Positions 1-11,865 of a stretch of DNA of 64,000 bases are shown one piece after another. Source of the DNA: Malacoraja senta (Eukaryota); NCBI GenBank assembly GCA_038087875.1, contig CM075987.1, positions 26,290,001 through 26,354,000 on the forward strand. Reading direction: 5' to 3'. Position 1 is the first letter of the stretch. Every line of letters starts with the position of its first letter. Made by a program: the position numbers and the translations under genes. The notes beneath the pieces were generated by a model. The model was not told the DNA's origin and ran no database searches. It saw only the letters and a list, made by a program, of their open reading frames with translations.

Positions 1-387
1 CAATAATCTTTTGATTATTTCGTCAGATTAGCAATTGCCTCCATATTGCGGATTCTTGGCAGTAATCCTGCTTGGTGGCTTGGAGTCTCGTCCATCTGTT
101 CTGCTGTAATACTTGTGTGAATAGGTGGCCGTTGGGACTACAGATGCTGTCTGCCACTGTCACTCACGATGCCTCACAACTTTGTTTGGGGAGGAGGGAT
201 CGCAAGGTAATTTATTCCCCGAGGCAAGAGATGCTGCTTTGAAGATATGTACGTTCTCAGGACAGGAAGGAACTGCAGACGCTGGAAAGTCACAGTTAAC
301 ACTGAGCGTGCCCAGCAGCAAGACAATGCTGCAGCGATTCACCGAGGCCTCTTGAAGAAAATCTCCCAAATCCAGGCCCACTACAGT

Positions 388-483
388 TTATAGACAAAAA
401 AAGATGGAGTAACTCAGGGGGACAGGCAGCATCTCTGGAGAGAAGGAATGGGTGACGTTTTGGGTCGAGATCTTTCTTCAGAC
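388..483 (-). mobile_element. Penelope-like element (PLE) terminal fragment with degenerate hammerhead-like core
   Basis: Matches the recurrent unit agacacaaaatgctggagtaactcagcgggacaggcagcatctctggagagaaggaatgggtgacgtttcgggtcgagacccttcttcag, which elsewhere in the window is contiguous with GIY-YIG coding fragments. Confidence 0.7.
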
Positions 484-1072
484 GGACAGGAGATGGATAC
501 TCTCATTATGAAGATCCTTTCAATAAGACCAGTCGAGATAGTGGCACAATGGAGCAGAGGTACCCGTTTCTCCCCATATCCCTCGATTCCATTGTCCGTT
601 ATGGCGACTGTAGAGGCCTCAATAGGCCCGACCATGGGTGAACAAGGGGAAGAGGACTGGACTGTGTGCCTTCCCTCAGTGGGAACCATTGTGTGTAGGG
701 GGATGTTTTTATGTTTGGTGTTAAATTCTTCTTTAATGTTGTGTCTTATTTTTATTGGTGTGCTGCAAATGGCAACTCAATTTTCACTACACCAATGGGT
801 GTACGTGACAATAGATGTCCTTTGTCCTAAGAGCTGTATCTAACTCTGTCTTGAAAACATCCAGTGAATTGGCCTCCACTGCCTTCTGTGCCAGAGAATT
901 CCACAGTTTCGCAACTGTCTGGGCGAAAAGGTTCTCCAGAGATGCTGCCTGTCCCGCTGAGTTACGCCAGCATTTTGTGTCTATCTTCAGTACAGGCATC
1001 TGCACCAGGGTCAAGAATTGAGACAATAGGTCAATGGTGCTTTATTTATCATGTATGCAACTGCACAGTGTA

Positions 1073-1405
1073 GTTCATAAGTGATAGGAGCAGAGTTTGG
1101 GCATTTGGCCCATCAAGTCTACTCCGCCATTAAAACATGGCTGATCTATCTCTCCCTCCCAACCCCATTCTCCTGCCTTCTCCCCATAACCCCTGACACA
1201 TACTAATCAATAATCTATCTATCTCTGCCTTAAAAAATATCCACTGACTTGGCCTCAACAACCTTCTGTGGCAAATAATTCCACATATGCACCACCCTCT
1301 GACTAAAGACATTCCTCCTCTTCTCTTTCCTAAAGGAACGTCCTTTAATTCTGAGGCTATGCCCTCTGGTCCTTAGTGATCCTCTCCACATCCACTCTAT
1401 CCAGA
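1073..1405 (-). mobile_element. CR1 LINE 3' fragment
   Basis: Minus strand gives the degenerate CR1 ORF2 end and the 3' UTR seen in many other copies here. Confidence 0.8.
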
Positions 1406-1624
1406 CATGAAATTATTTTTGCATATATTAGTTAGATTATTGGATAAAGTTCTATTGTATCATTTTACACCTTATTACACATGCAGGTACATGGATAGGA
1501 CAGGGATATGGGCCAAACGCAGGCAGGTGGGACTAATGCAGATGGGACATGTTGGTCAGTGTGGGCAAGTTGGGCTGAAGAGGTCTGTTTCCACAGTATG
1601 AATCTATGACTATGACTCTATAAT

Positions 1625-1789
1625 ACTTTTATTTAATACAAGATTTCTGGTCAATTAATTTTCAGGGCAGCCTGCTGAATCTATGCTACATTTGCAAGAA
1701 CCTTTTCTCAAGAGTTATCTCGCTACAGAATAGTTACGGCAGGCAGTCCTCAGAATTAATTGACCAGATACCTTGCAAAACGAAAAGTG
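1625..1789. repeat. Degenerate ~165 bp palindrome (fold-back) in otherwise unique DNA
   Basis: tctggtcaattaatt (1646-1660) is the exact reverse complement of aattaattgaccaga (1754-1768); imperfect pairing continues inward and outward. Confidence 0.85.
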
Positions 1790-1865
1790 CTTCCATGTTC
1801 ATCAGATCAGGAATGAATGAATCTTAAAATAAATTTGACAAAGACATTCCTCATTCTTACTTTGC

Positions 1866-1995
1866 CTGAAGAAGGGTCTCGACCCGAAACGTCACCCATT
1901 CCTTCTCTAAAGAGATGCTGCCTGACCCACTGAGTTACTCCAGCTTTTTATGTCTACCTTCAGTGCAAACCAGCATCTGCAGTTCCTTCCTACAC
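1866..1995 (+). mobile_element. PLE terminal mini-copy beginning at an intact hammerhead-like core
   Basis: CTGAAGA-A-GGGT-CTCG-ACCC-GAAACGTC at 1866-1893, followed by the conserved tail ending cagttccttcctacac. Confidence 0.75.
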
Positions 1996-2074
1996 TTGTT
2001 TTCCACTGCAGAATCAAATCTTCAGCAAAGATTAAAGCCCTGTCTAATCATGCGATGGATTCCACATATCCCTC

Positions 2075-2980
2075 AGTATAAAAGGACGTTCCTTTAGAAA
2101 GGAGATGAGGATTTTTTTTTGCCAGATTGTGGTGAATCTGTGGAATTCATTGCCACAGAAGGCTGTGGAGGCCAAGTCAGTGGATATTTTTAAGGTGGAG
2201 ATCGATGGATTCTTGACTGTTATGGGTGTCAGGGGTTACAGGGAGAAGGCAGGAGAATGGAGTGCTCCAAGAAAATTTCAGATTGGGTAGACGCACAGAG
2301 TCTCTTGCCCAGAGTCATGGAATCAAGGACCACAGGACATAGGTTTAAGGTTGAGGGGGGGGAAATGATTTAATAAGCATCTGAGGGGTAACTTTTTCAC
2401 ACAAAGGGTGGTGGGTGTATGGAACAAGCTGCAAGAGGAGTTAGTTGTGGCAGGGACTATCGCAACGTTTGAAGGGGCTGTCCAACTGTGGCGACCTAAT
2501 TCGCAAGTTTAGAAGAGCTTAGGAGAGTTTGAAAAAATGTCATGTTGAAGACCTCCGTCGACTATGTTGAAGACTAGCTACGACTACCTTCGACTACCCT
2601 CGATTACCTACGACTAACATGCCGACCTACTACGACTAAACATACGAGTAAAAAAAGTATCGATTTTTTCCATGGTGAACTTTTTTTACTCGCGGGCATT
2701 TTTTCAACGTTGAAAAAAACGCCGCGACCTAGGCGAGGTCTCAAGTACGCGGGGACTACTCTCGAGCATGCTGCGAGTACGAGTCGAGGGCAAACTCGCC
2801 AGAACTCGCGGATTAGGTCGCCCAGTGGGACAGCCCCTTAAGAAACATTTAGACAGGTACATGGATAGGACAGGTTTGGAGGGATATGGGCCAAACGCAG
2901 GCAGGTTTGGCCTGTGTGGACATGTTGGGCCGAAGGGCCGGTTTCCACACTCTATGACTATGTATGACTCTATAACTATG
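2075..2980 (+). mobile_element. Two CR1 LINE 3' fragments, the second interrupted by a MITE
   Basis: VVNLWNSLPQKAVEAKS ORF at 2105-2290; second subfamily with (tatgact)-type tail at ~2950-2980. Confidence 0.8.
2473..2838. mobile_element. PIF/Harbinger-type MITE
   Basis: ~38 bp TIRs aggggctgtccaactgtggcgacctaat...attaggtcgcccagtgggacagcccct; TGA/TAA flanks split the CR1 sequence cgtttaagaaac; internal cgacta repeats. Confidence 0.85.
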
Positions 2981-3510
2981 ACAGAGCTTTAATCTTAGGC
3001 GGCGGTTTTTATTCTACTGTGGAAAACAGTAAAATTGCTTTGGTTAAAATCTAGTAATACTTCACAACCTGAGAGAGTCCCAAAATAACACGACAGCCTA
3101 TTAAGTACCTGTACAAAATGCTGTCCTTGATGCAAATGTTTTTTAAAAAGTCACGAGTCTAAAAAAAGGCAGTATCGTTCTGAGTGCAAGAATGTGAAAG
3201 ATTTCACACCACAAGGTTCCAGAAACTGTAATTAGATAATGATCAGATATTTAAAATCATCTCTTTTAATAAAACTATGAATAAATCAAGTTGCAAAATA
3301 GACAATTTGAATACAGTAGCAAGTTGTGATCAGCACAAATTTTCTATATTGAAAAGTCACGGTTAACACTGAGCGTGCCCAGCAGAAAGCTCGGTGCAAG
3401 GTAATGCCGCAGTAACTCACCAAGGCTTCGAGAAGAAAATCTCTCAAAAATCCAGGCTCACCAGTTTATAGACACAGAATGCTGGAGTAACTCAGTGGGA
3501 CAGGCAGCAT

Positions 3511-3745
3511 GAGAAAAACATTTTTCACACAGAGAGTGGTGAATCTCTGGAATTCTCTGCCACAGAAGGTAGTTGAGGCCAGTTCATTGGCTATATTTAA
3601 GAGGGAGTTAGATGTGGCCCTTGTGGTTAAAGGGATCAGGGGGTATTGAGAGAAACCAGGTACAGGATACCGAGTTGGATGATCAGCCATGATCATATTG
3701 AATGGCCTACTCCTGCACCTATTTTCTATGTTTCTATGTTTCTAT
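3511..3745 (+). mobile_element. CR1 3' fragment inserted in a PLE tail
   Basis: PLE tail gcagcat|ctctggagag is split by CR1 sequence ending in (tttctatg)n. Confidence 0.8.
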
Positions 3746-3779
3746 CTCTGGAGAGAAGGAATGGGTGACGTTTCTGGTC

Positions 3780-4070
3780 ATAGAAACATAGAAAAACAGG
3801 TGCAGGAGTAGGCCATTCGGCTCTTTGAGCCTGCACCCGTTATTCAATATGATCATGGCTGATCATCCATAATCAGTACCCCATTCCAGCTTTCTCCCCA
3901 TATCCCTTGATTCCGTTAGTCCTTAGAGTTAAATCTAATTTTCTCTTGAAAACATCCAGTGATTTGGCCTCCACTGCCTTCTGTGGCAGAGAACCCCACA
4001 GATTCACAACTCTCTGGGTGGAAACGTTTTTCCTCATCTCAGTCCTAAATGGCCTACCCCTTATTCTTAA
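3780..4070 (-). mobile_element. CR1 LINE 3' fragment
   Basis: RIRGRPFRTEMRKNVSTQRVVNLWGSLPQKAVEA; (tttctatg) tail. Confidence 0.85.
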
Positions 4071-4360
4071 GGGGCGAGACCCTTCTTCAGACAGAGTCAG
4101 GGGAGAGGGAAAAGAGAGAGAGAGAGAGAGAGAGAGATATAAAGACAGTGATATAGATACAGAACAAATGAATGAAAGATGTGCAAAAATGTACCGATGA
4201 TCAAATAATACTGGAGCCCATACGATCACAAGGAAAGAAGACCCGAAACGTCACCCATTCCTTCTCTCCAGAGATGCTGCCTGCCCCGCTGAGTAACTCC
4301 AGCATTTTGTGTCTATCTTGGGTTTAAACCAGCATCTGCCGTTCCTTCCTACCCACTACT

Positions 4361-4660
4361 GTTTAGTTTAGTTTAGAGATACATTGTGGAAGCAGGCCCT
4401 TCGGCCCACCGGGTCCGTGCCGACCAGCGATCCCCATACACCAGTTCTATCTTACACATTAGGGACAGTTATTACAGAAGCCAAGTAATCTACAAACCTG
4501 CACGTCTTTGGGATGTGGGAGGAAACTGGAGCACACGGAGAAAACCCACGCAGGTCACGGGGAGAACGCACAAACTCCGTACAGACAGCACCCGCGGTAA
4601 GGATTGAACCCGTGTCTCTGGCGCTGTGAGGCAGCAACTCTACCGCTGCTCCACCGTGCT
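4361..4660 (-). mobile_element. tRNA-derived V-domain SINE (HE1-like)
   Basis: tRNA-like head with A/B-box-like motifs, V-core gttctccccgtgacctgcgtgggttttctcc...gtttcctcccaca, CR1-like tail and (aaact)n end. Confidence 0.85.
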
Positions 4661-4704
4661 GAGTATGTAATGAGCAAGTGTTGCAAGAAAACAGAAAAAA
4701 CATT

Positions 4705-6087
4705 ATATATAGCACTATTAGAACATGGAAGCAAATAAAACAGAATCTAAAATTAAGAAACCTATCTCTCTTAATACCAATAGTCAATAACCCATCGTTT
4801 AAACCTTCAATCATAGATAAATCATTTATACAATGGGAAAGAATGGGAATCAAAACGCTCGAAGATCTGTATGAATTAGAAAAATTACTATCATTTCAAC
4901 AACTACAACTGAAATATAATTTGAAAAATAATCAATATTTTAAATATCTACAAATCTGTGACTATTTGAAAACACACACAAAAGATTATTATAATATGCC
5001 TTCCGACTTACTAGATGAAGCAATGAAGACAAAGGCGGAATCAGTTAATTTAATATCATACTTATATAATATCATCTTAAACATAGAAATACCCACAACA
5101 GATGGAATTAGAAGAGATTGGGAACAAGATCTAGGTATAAAAATTTCAAAAGAGAGTTGGGATAATCATTTATTACAGGTGCATAAATGTTCGATCAACG
5201 TACGACATACGCTTATCCAATTTAAAACATTACATAGATTATATTATTCAAAAACCAAACTAAATAAAATCTTTCCTAACGTCTCACCAATCTGTGATAA
5301 ATGTATATGTCAAGAAGCTACCATAGCACATTCTTTTGTTTTTTGTACAAAAATCCAAAAATTCTGGTTTGAAATATTTGATATTTTTTCAAAATTAATC
5401 AAAATAAAACTGGTACCAAAACCAGAATGGATTATTTTTGGAATATCGGAAGGTATTCCTGAATTAAACGTGTATCAGAAGAATTTACTCAATTATGGGC
5501 TAATAATGGGAAAAAAGCTTATACTTAAATTCTGGAAAAATGTGCCCACACCAACAATAAAAATGTGGACATCAAATATGTTGGAAACATTACATCTGGA
5601 AGAGATGAGATTCCTCCTAGTAGGCAAAGTAGACCAATTTCAAAAGACGTGGTCTACGTTTTTGGACCTATTACAAGCATGAGGTGCAATAGTAATTTAG
5701 AAAAACAAATAAATAAATAAAAGGTATCTGGACCTGGTAATGGGAGGTAAAACAAAAACAGACTTGGTTGGTAGTTCCTTCTCTATGAAGTATGTTATAA
5801 GAGTTATAATAGAGCGATTGTTCCTTCTTTCTTTCTCTTTTTTTTTCTAGGGTCTATTTTCTAACTTTACTTCCTTCTCTAACTTCTTTTCTAAGGGGCT
5901 TTCTTTTCCCAACACTCTTTTGCACTTCACAACCTTTGCGCACTTTCTTCACTTTTCTCACTTCTTTCTTTTTCTTTCTTAAAGTTTAAAAAAGTGAAGC
6001 GGTACAAAAAATGTATTAATATATACGTGTTGTACATTACTGTAATCTACCGTACTTCTATTAAAAAAATTATTAAAAAAAAAAAAA
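4705..6087 (+). mobile_element. 5'-truncated L1-clade LINE with open ORF2 C-terminus, 3' UTR, poly(A) and TSD
   Basis: Stop-free ORF to 5682 with a Cys/His motif (CDKC..EATIAHSFVFC) and KKLILKFWK; poly(A) ~6063-6089; TSD gaaaacagaaaaaacatt at 4687-4704 and 6090-6107. Confidence 0.92.
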
Positions 6088-6299
6088 AAGAAAACAGAAA
6101 AAACATTCAAATTTCCTTCCAGATCTCACAGAAACCCCACTTGGAAATATGTTACAATATGTTTGTTATTATTTGATCCAAAGCAAAGAATTTCATTCTC
6201 TTTAATCAAACGGACTGCAGAGTTTTCAAGGCTAATTAGGGATGGCAATAAATGTTAGCACAGTGACAAGCCATGGAAGAATACAAAAGCTTTTACACT

Positions 6300-6465
6300 A
6301 TGTAGGAAGGAACTGCAGATGCTGGTTTTAAATCAAAGATAGACACAAAATGCTGGAGTAACTCAGCAGGACAGGCAGCATCTCAGGCTTGAAGGATCTT
6401 CTGATTCCTTCTCTCCAGAGATGCTGCCGGTCCCGCTGAGTTACTCCTGCATTTTGTGTCTATCT
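6300..6465. mobile_element. PLE fold-back mini-element
   Basis: Minus-strand tail 6300-6384 followed by a plus-strand partial copy 6404-6465. Confidence 0.75.
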
Positions 6466-6608
6466 CCAATCGTCTTGGCCCCGCTCTGGGAGTAGAAGTG
6501 GGTGTGGATCCGGAAACACAATGGCCGTGAGCCCCAGGCCGAGCTCGGCGATGGTTTGCCTGCTTCTGCTGCTGTTGGAGGTGAGACGTTGCGCCGCGCC
6601 AGGGTCTT

Positions 6609-6782
6609 GGCCCTGTCCCACTTTGGCCGTCAGTTACGCGACAGGCCGGTGGCGCGCGAAGATTTCGTGCAGGACGAAGTCCGCACTCCTCCACGCGCCC
6701 GTCCCACGCTACCCACGAGCTACTCACACATTAGCAGGTCGAGTAAATGGCGTGCGAACGACGGCCAAGTGGGACAGGCCCT
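6609..6782. mobile_element. Harbinger-type MITE (may extend left to ~6466)
   Basis: Inverted ends ggccctgtcccactttggccgtc...gacggccaagtgggacaggccct; CpG-rich. Confidence 0.75.
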
Positions 6783-7432
6783 TTACTTTTACTGGTTACT
6801 CCAGTACTTTAGCCCCTTGTACATAAAACTGTATTTAATTAATTAAGTCATGGTGTCAGTAATTTTATGGAGGTTTTCTGTAGATCAGTGAACAATGTTA
6901 TCTTAACGACGAGTCAAGCTCTGATATCAATGCTAATTTATGGTAATATCTGTGTTTGTATCCAGAAATACTTTTCATTTGAGATGATGTCCCTCTGGGC
7001 TATCAAAAATTGCCACAACTTAAAATGGATTTAATTAATGCTCCCACGAGACGAGCAGTACTTACTGTATCTTTAAGATTTAACCCTACACTTTTACTAA
7101 GACACCAACTAAGACACCATGACCGCGCTTGGCCAGGCCGACCCTGCAACGCCGCCAGGACAACAGACCTTCATGGTCAGCTCAAGATCCCTGCACTTAC
7201 AACAACAGGGACATCAAAATGGCGACTCTACACCATGTAGGAAGGAACCGCTGATGCTGGTTTAAACCGAAGATAGACACAAAAAGCTGGAGTAACTCAG
7301 CGGGACGGGCAGCATCTCTGGAGAGAATGTGTAGATTAACCCTTATTAATCCATGCCATGTATAATCTCCACTACACATATGTGCATGCCACCCTTTACA
7401 TGGCATTACGGTACTACACAGCTTTACACTAG

Positions 7433-7463
<31 letters not shown>

Positions 7464-7779
7464 GCCAGCAGAGCTAGATGAGAATGGCTGGCTGTTTGAA
7501 TGTTCCCGATTGCATGCGGAATAAAGATTGATCTTCACTACGTGTGTTGCTGTGGATCATTAATGGGTGACGTTTCGGGTCCGAGTCTGAAGAAGGGTCT
7601 CAACCCGAAATGTCACCATTCCTTCTCTCCAGAGATGCTGCCTGTCCCGCTGAGCTACTCCAGCTTTTTGTGGCTATCATTGAGTCCGTATTCTGTCTGC
7701 GTACACTTGTACTGTCTCTGAGATGCTTGTCTAAGATGGATTTAAGTGTTTATGTACAGAGATACTTGTATTGAACCAT

Positions 7780-7890
7780 ATACAAAAATGGCAGAAGGGG
7801 GAGGAGTTGTACAGTTTGATAGCCACGGGGAAGAAAGATCTCCTGTGGCGTTCTGTGCTGCATCTTGGTGGAACCAGTCTGTTGCTGAAG
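7780..7890 (-). mobile_element. Rex1/Babar LINE 3' coding fragment
   Basis: RLVPPRCSTERHRRSFFPVAIKLYNSS matches the Rex1-type ORF end. Confidence 0.65.
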
Positions 7891-8174
7891 GAGCTGCAGT
7901 TGCTGGTTATTCCAGCATTTTCCACAAAAAGCTGGAGTAACTCAGTGGGACAGGCAGCCTCTCTGGATAGAAGGAATGGGTGACGTTCCAAGTCAAGACC
8001 CTTCTTCAGATTAGCAAGGTGAGTGTGGCAGTACGTGAATTCCGTACTTACTCCAATCCCATAACATACTCCTGCTCTACATGACTCATGGTAGAGTGGT
8101 GCGTGCGTCTCACAGTAAAATGATGGCTGGAAACTAAAGAATGGTTCTGGGTGTGGGAAACTTTGGTGAGTGGA

Positions 8175-9162
8175 AACCTCACGCTGCCTCGGCAAGGCCA
8201 GCGGCATAATCAAGGACGAGTCGCACCCCGGCCACTCCCTCTTCTCCACCTCTCCCATCGGGCAAAAGGTACAGAAGTGCGAAAACACACACCTCCAGAT
8301 TCAGGGACAGTTTCTTCCCAGCCGTTACCAGGCAACTGAACCATCCTACCACAACCAGAGAGCAGTCCTGAACTACTATCTACCTCATTGGAGACCCTCA
8401 AACTATCCTTGATCAGACTTTGCTGGCTTTACCTTGCACTAAACGTTATTCCCTTATCAATACCTATACACTCTCAATGGCTCGATTGTAATCATGTGTT
8501 GTCTTTCCGTTGGCTGTTTAGCACGCAACAAAAAGCTTTAAGGCTCTGTCTTACGGTGTTGCGGTCATCGGCGGTGAAGCGCGGCTTCGCCTGTAGAGTG
8601 GACCGCACGGCAACGGCGGGAGCGCCGAGCCTATGCCACGGGAGTGCCGCACGGATGCTGCGTGGGGGCCGAGTGATTTAAATACGGCTGGTCCCACGTG
8701 CTTGCGGTAAGTAAAAAAAAAGGGCGGGCCGACTGCGATGACGTCATTTTGGATCTGAGGGGCTGTGGCGGCGGCCGTCCTGATCGCGGCGCTGTAGCGG
8801 TGGCTGTGGCGGCGGCCGTGCCGCACACGTGACTCACTGGCGGAGGCTGTGGCGGTGCAAGTTCGACGCACGGTGCTCGAGCCACAATGGCGGCGGCTGT
8901 GGCGGCGGCCGTGCCGCACTCGTGCCTCACTGGCGGAGGCTGTGCGGTAGGGACATATTTTTGAACCGTGTTGGTTTTATTTTAGCACCGTGCGGTGTTG
9001 GGAACAACGCCGCACGGCCCCGGAATTGTGCGTTTGACCGAGTGCGCGGTCTATGGCGGCCCAGGAGCGGTAGATTCTTCCCGTTTCGCCGCCAATGACC
9101 GCAGACTCGTGAGACAGGCCTTTTACACTGTACCTCGGTACTCGTGACAATAAACCAAACTG
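8175..9162 (+). mobile_element. Rex1/Babar LINE 3' end, interrupted by a MITE
   Basis: TSRCLGKASGIIKDESHPGHSLFS...FRDSFFPAV; tail cactgtacctcggta..gtgacaataaac resumes after the MITE. Confidence 0.8.
8541..9122. mobile_element. Harbinger-type MITE with GC-rich internal tandem repeats
   Basis: TIR aggctctgtcttacggtgttgcggtcatcggcgg...ccgccaatgaccgcagactcgtgagacaggcctt; TTA on both flanks; internal ggctgtggcggcggccgt repeats. Confidence 0.8.
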
Positions 9163-9579
9163 CACTGAGTTTCATGCAATCTCTCGCTTCCTGGCTAACC
9201 CCAAATGAAAATCTATTCTTAAGTGTATTTTAAGTGAGTAGTGAAATTGCAGCTTTTTTTTTTTTGCACATTAATTATACATGGTCCAATGAGTGCATTT
9301 CACAAAGTGTTTTTGAAGTGCGACATATAATATTCACAAAATGTTTGGCTTGTGTTGCTGACTCAGCGCGACTGTGATGGGGATTTGAAAGAAAGCATCG
9401 CTGCACCTTTTTCCGCATGCTGTTCACATCGTTGGCGGAAACACTGCTGCAAAAATGATTTGTATAAGAGTCAAAGTCGGCCGAGGGCAGTGCTTATGTG
9501 TTTCCACTCAACGAGCTGAATGAAAAGATCATTAAACCCATCTCGTTCCATTTCATCTCTTTAGTCATCATCTTCAATC

Positions 9580-9882
9580 AGGTGGCGCAGCGGTAGAGTT
9601 CCTGCCTCACAGCGCCAGGGACCCAGGTTCAATCCACACTACGGGTGCTTGTCTGTCTATTCTCCCCGGGACCTGCGTGGGTTTTCTCTGGGTGCTCAGG
9701 TTTCCTCCCACACTCCAAAGTAGTACAGATTTGCAAGCTAATTGCCTTTGTATAATTATTAATTGTCCCGTGTGTGTGTGTGTGTGTGCGCGCGTGCAAA
9801 GGGTGATCGCTGGTCAGCGTAGACCAGTTGGGCTGAAGGGCCTGTTTCCGGCCGGTATCTCTAACCTAAACCAAAACTAAAC
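9580..9882 (+). mobile_element. V-domain SINE
   Basis: ggtggcgcagcggtagagtt head, V-core, (aaact) tail. Confidence 0.8.
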
Positions 9883-10016
9883 ATCATGGTGCTGAGCTAC
9901 CTCTAGGAAGTTGTTATCGATGTTCCCAATGTTGGGGGAGCCCAGAACCAGGGGCCACAGTTTAAGCCATTTAGAGCAGAGATGAGGAAACACTTTGCTT
10001 TAGGTGTAAACCAGCA

Positions 10017-10770
10017 TCTTGGTTCTTGGTCCTCCAAAATATTCCAAATGGAATTTAAACTGGAGGTGGTGGAGGGAGGACTTAAGCCAGAAAGGGTTTT
10101 TGGGAAGAAAGAGCTACCTTAAATTTAGTTGCATCTGGTTGGGTAACTAAAGTAGGGTGGAGATTATTCCATGTTTTAATTGTGCGGGGGAAGAATTAAT
10201 TGCTGTACACATCTGTCTTGTTAGCTGGAATCACAAATTGGATCGAATGCCCTCGTCTGCTCCTAATTGGTTTGGGTTTGGTGTAGGTCTTGTAATCTAT
10301 GTCGAGCTGACCATTTAACATTTTGTAAAAACAGGTCAAACGGTGAGCTTCACGTCTGTCTTGGAGAGGGTTCCACCCCAGAGAATTCAGAAGTTTGGTA
10401 ACACTTGCTTCTCTCTCATAGGTATTAGTAACAAATCGAGCTGCCTGTCTTTGGACACGTTCGATGGAAGAAATGTTTTTATTTGTGTATGGGTCCCATG
10501 CTGCAACTGCGTAGTCCAAATGAGGTCTAACGAGGGTGAAGTATAGCTTCTCCTTGACAGAAGTTGAACAATGATGAAAGTTGCGCCTCAGAAAATTTAG
10601 GACACCTGTTGCTTTCACCGTTGCATGATGAGTCTGACCATTCCAACGCAGATCATTCTGCAATTTGATGCCAAGATACTTGGTTTGTTTGGATTCTTCA
10701 AGGGTGGTACCAAATATATTGTACGATGTTTCGCCTGGATTCCTCTTTCCGATGACACGCATGGTGACAC
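10017..10770 (-). mobile_element. CR1-group LINE 3' fragment of an atypical lineage
   Basis: 188 aa ORF YLGIKLQNDLRW..LNFLRRNF..LVRPHLDYAVAAWDP..ERVQRQAARFV; continues past one TAA as FFPRTIKTWNNL to a stop at 10082-10084; inserted in a PLE tail. Confidence 0.85.
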
Positions 10771-10839
10771 AGTTCCTTCTTACACATACAACAAGGAGGC
10801 CATCGTGGCCAGGATGGGGCTGTTTCTCTGCTGAATTAC

Positions 10840-11122
10840 TTTAGTTTAGATTAGAGATACAGAGCAGAAACAGGCCCACCGACCACACCGACCAGCGATC
10901 CCCGGACGTTAACACTAGGGACAGTTTTACATTTACACCAAGCCAATTAACCTACAAACCTGTACGTCTTTGGAGTGTGGGAGGAAACCGAAGATCTCGG
11001 AGAAAACACACGCAGGTCACGGGGAGAACGTACAAACTCCCTACAGACAGCACCCGTGGTTGGGATCGAACCCGGGTCTCTGGCGCTTTGAGGCAGCAAC
11101 TCTACCACTGCACCACCGTGCC
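10840..11122 (-). mobile_element. V-domain SINE
   Basis: Near-complete head, core and tail. Confidence 0.8.
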
Positions 11123-11307
11123 TCCCTTCGACTTCGACTAGGTGCAGTCAGACGAGGAGTGTTTTCTGCCATTTACTGCCTTTGCATTCAGCAAGACATC
11201 TTGGGCCAAGGTGATTAATTACTAGGAAGGTTCTAGAGAATAAAAACGCAGAATGACACCAGTCACTCCGCCCATTGACACAACATCTAAAGATTGAGTG
11301 TGGGGAT

Positions 11308-11865
11308 AGGCGGGTGGCACGGCGGCGCAGCGGTAGAGTTGCTGCCCAACAACGTCAGAGGCCCAGGTTCGATCCCGACTACGGGTGCTGTCTGTACACA
11401 GTTCATAGGTTACAGGAGCAGAATTAGGCCATTCGGCCCATCAAGTCTACTCCGCCATCCAATCATGGCTGACCTATCTCTCCCTCCCAACTTCTCCTGC
11501 CTTCTCCCCATAACACCCGACACCCATAGTAATCAAGAATCTATCTACCTCAGTCTTAAAAATATCCACTGACTTGGCCTCCACAGCCATCTGTGGCAAT
11601 AAATTCCACAGATTCACCACCCTCTGACTAAATAGGGGAAGCATCCTCTCCACATCCACTCTATCCATGCTGTCTCCCTATGAATCACGTGGGTTTTCTC
11701 CGGGCGCTCCGGTTTCCTCCCACCCTCCAAATACGTGCAGGTTTGCAGGCTAATTGGCTTCTGTAAAATTGTCCCTCGTGTGCAGGCTAGAACTAGTGTA
11801 CGGGGTGACCGCCAGTCGGCATGGACTCCATGGGCTGAAGCTGCCTTTTCCATGCTGAAGCTCTG
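11308..11865 (+). mobile_element. V-domain SINE split by a minus-strand CR1 3' fragment (~11401-11670)
   Basis: SINE head 11308-11400 resumes at tctccc..cgtgggttttctccggg ~11672. Confidence 0.75.

Noticed and set aside
4678..5682. 334 aa ORF as a host gene
   Set aside because: It is the ORF2 C-terminus of a truncated L1, bounded by poly(A) and a TSD
6521..6586. Signal-peptide-like exon MAVSPRPSSAMVCLLLLLLE followed by gtgaga
   Set aside because: Lies in CpG-rich sequence contiguous with a Harbinger-type MITE and probably belongs to it; no downstream exons identified
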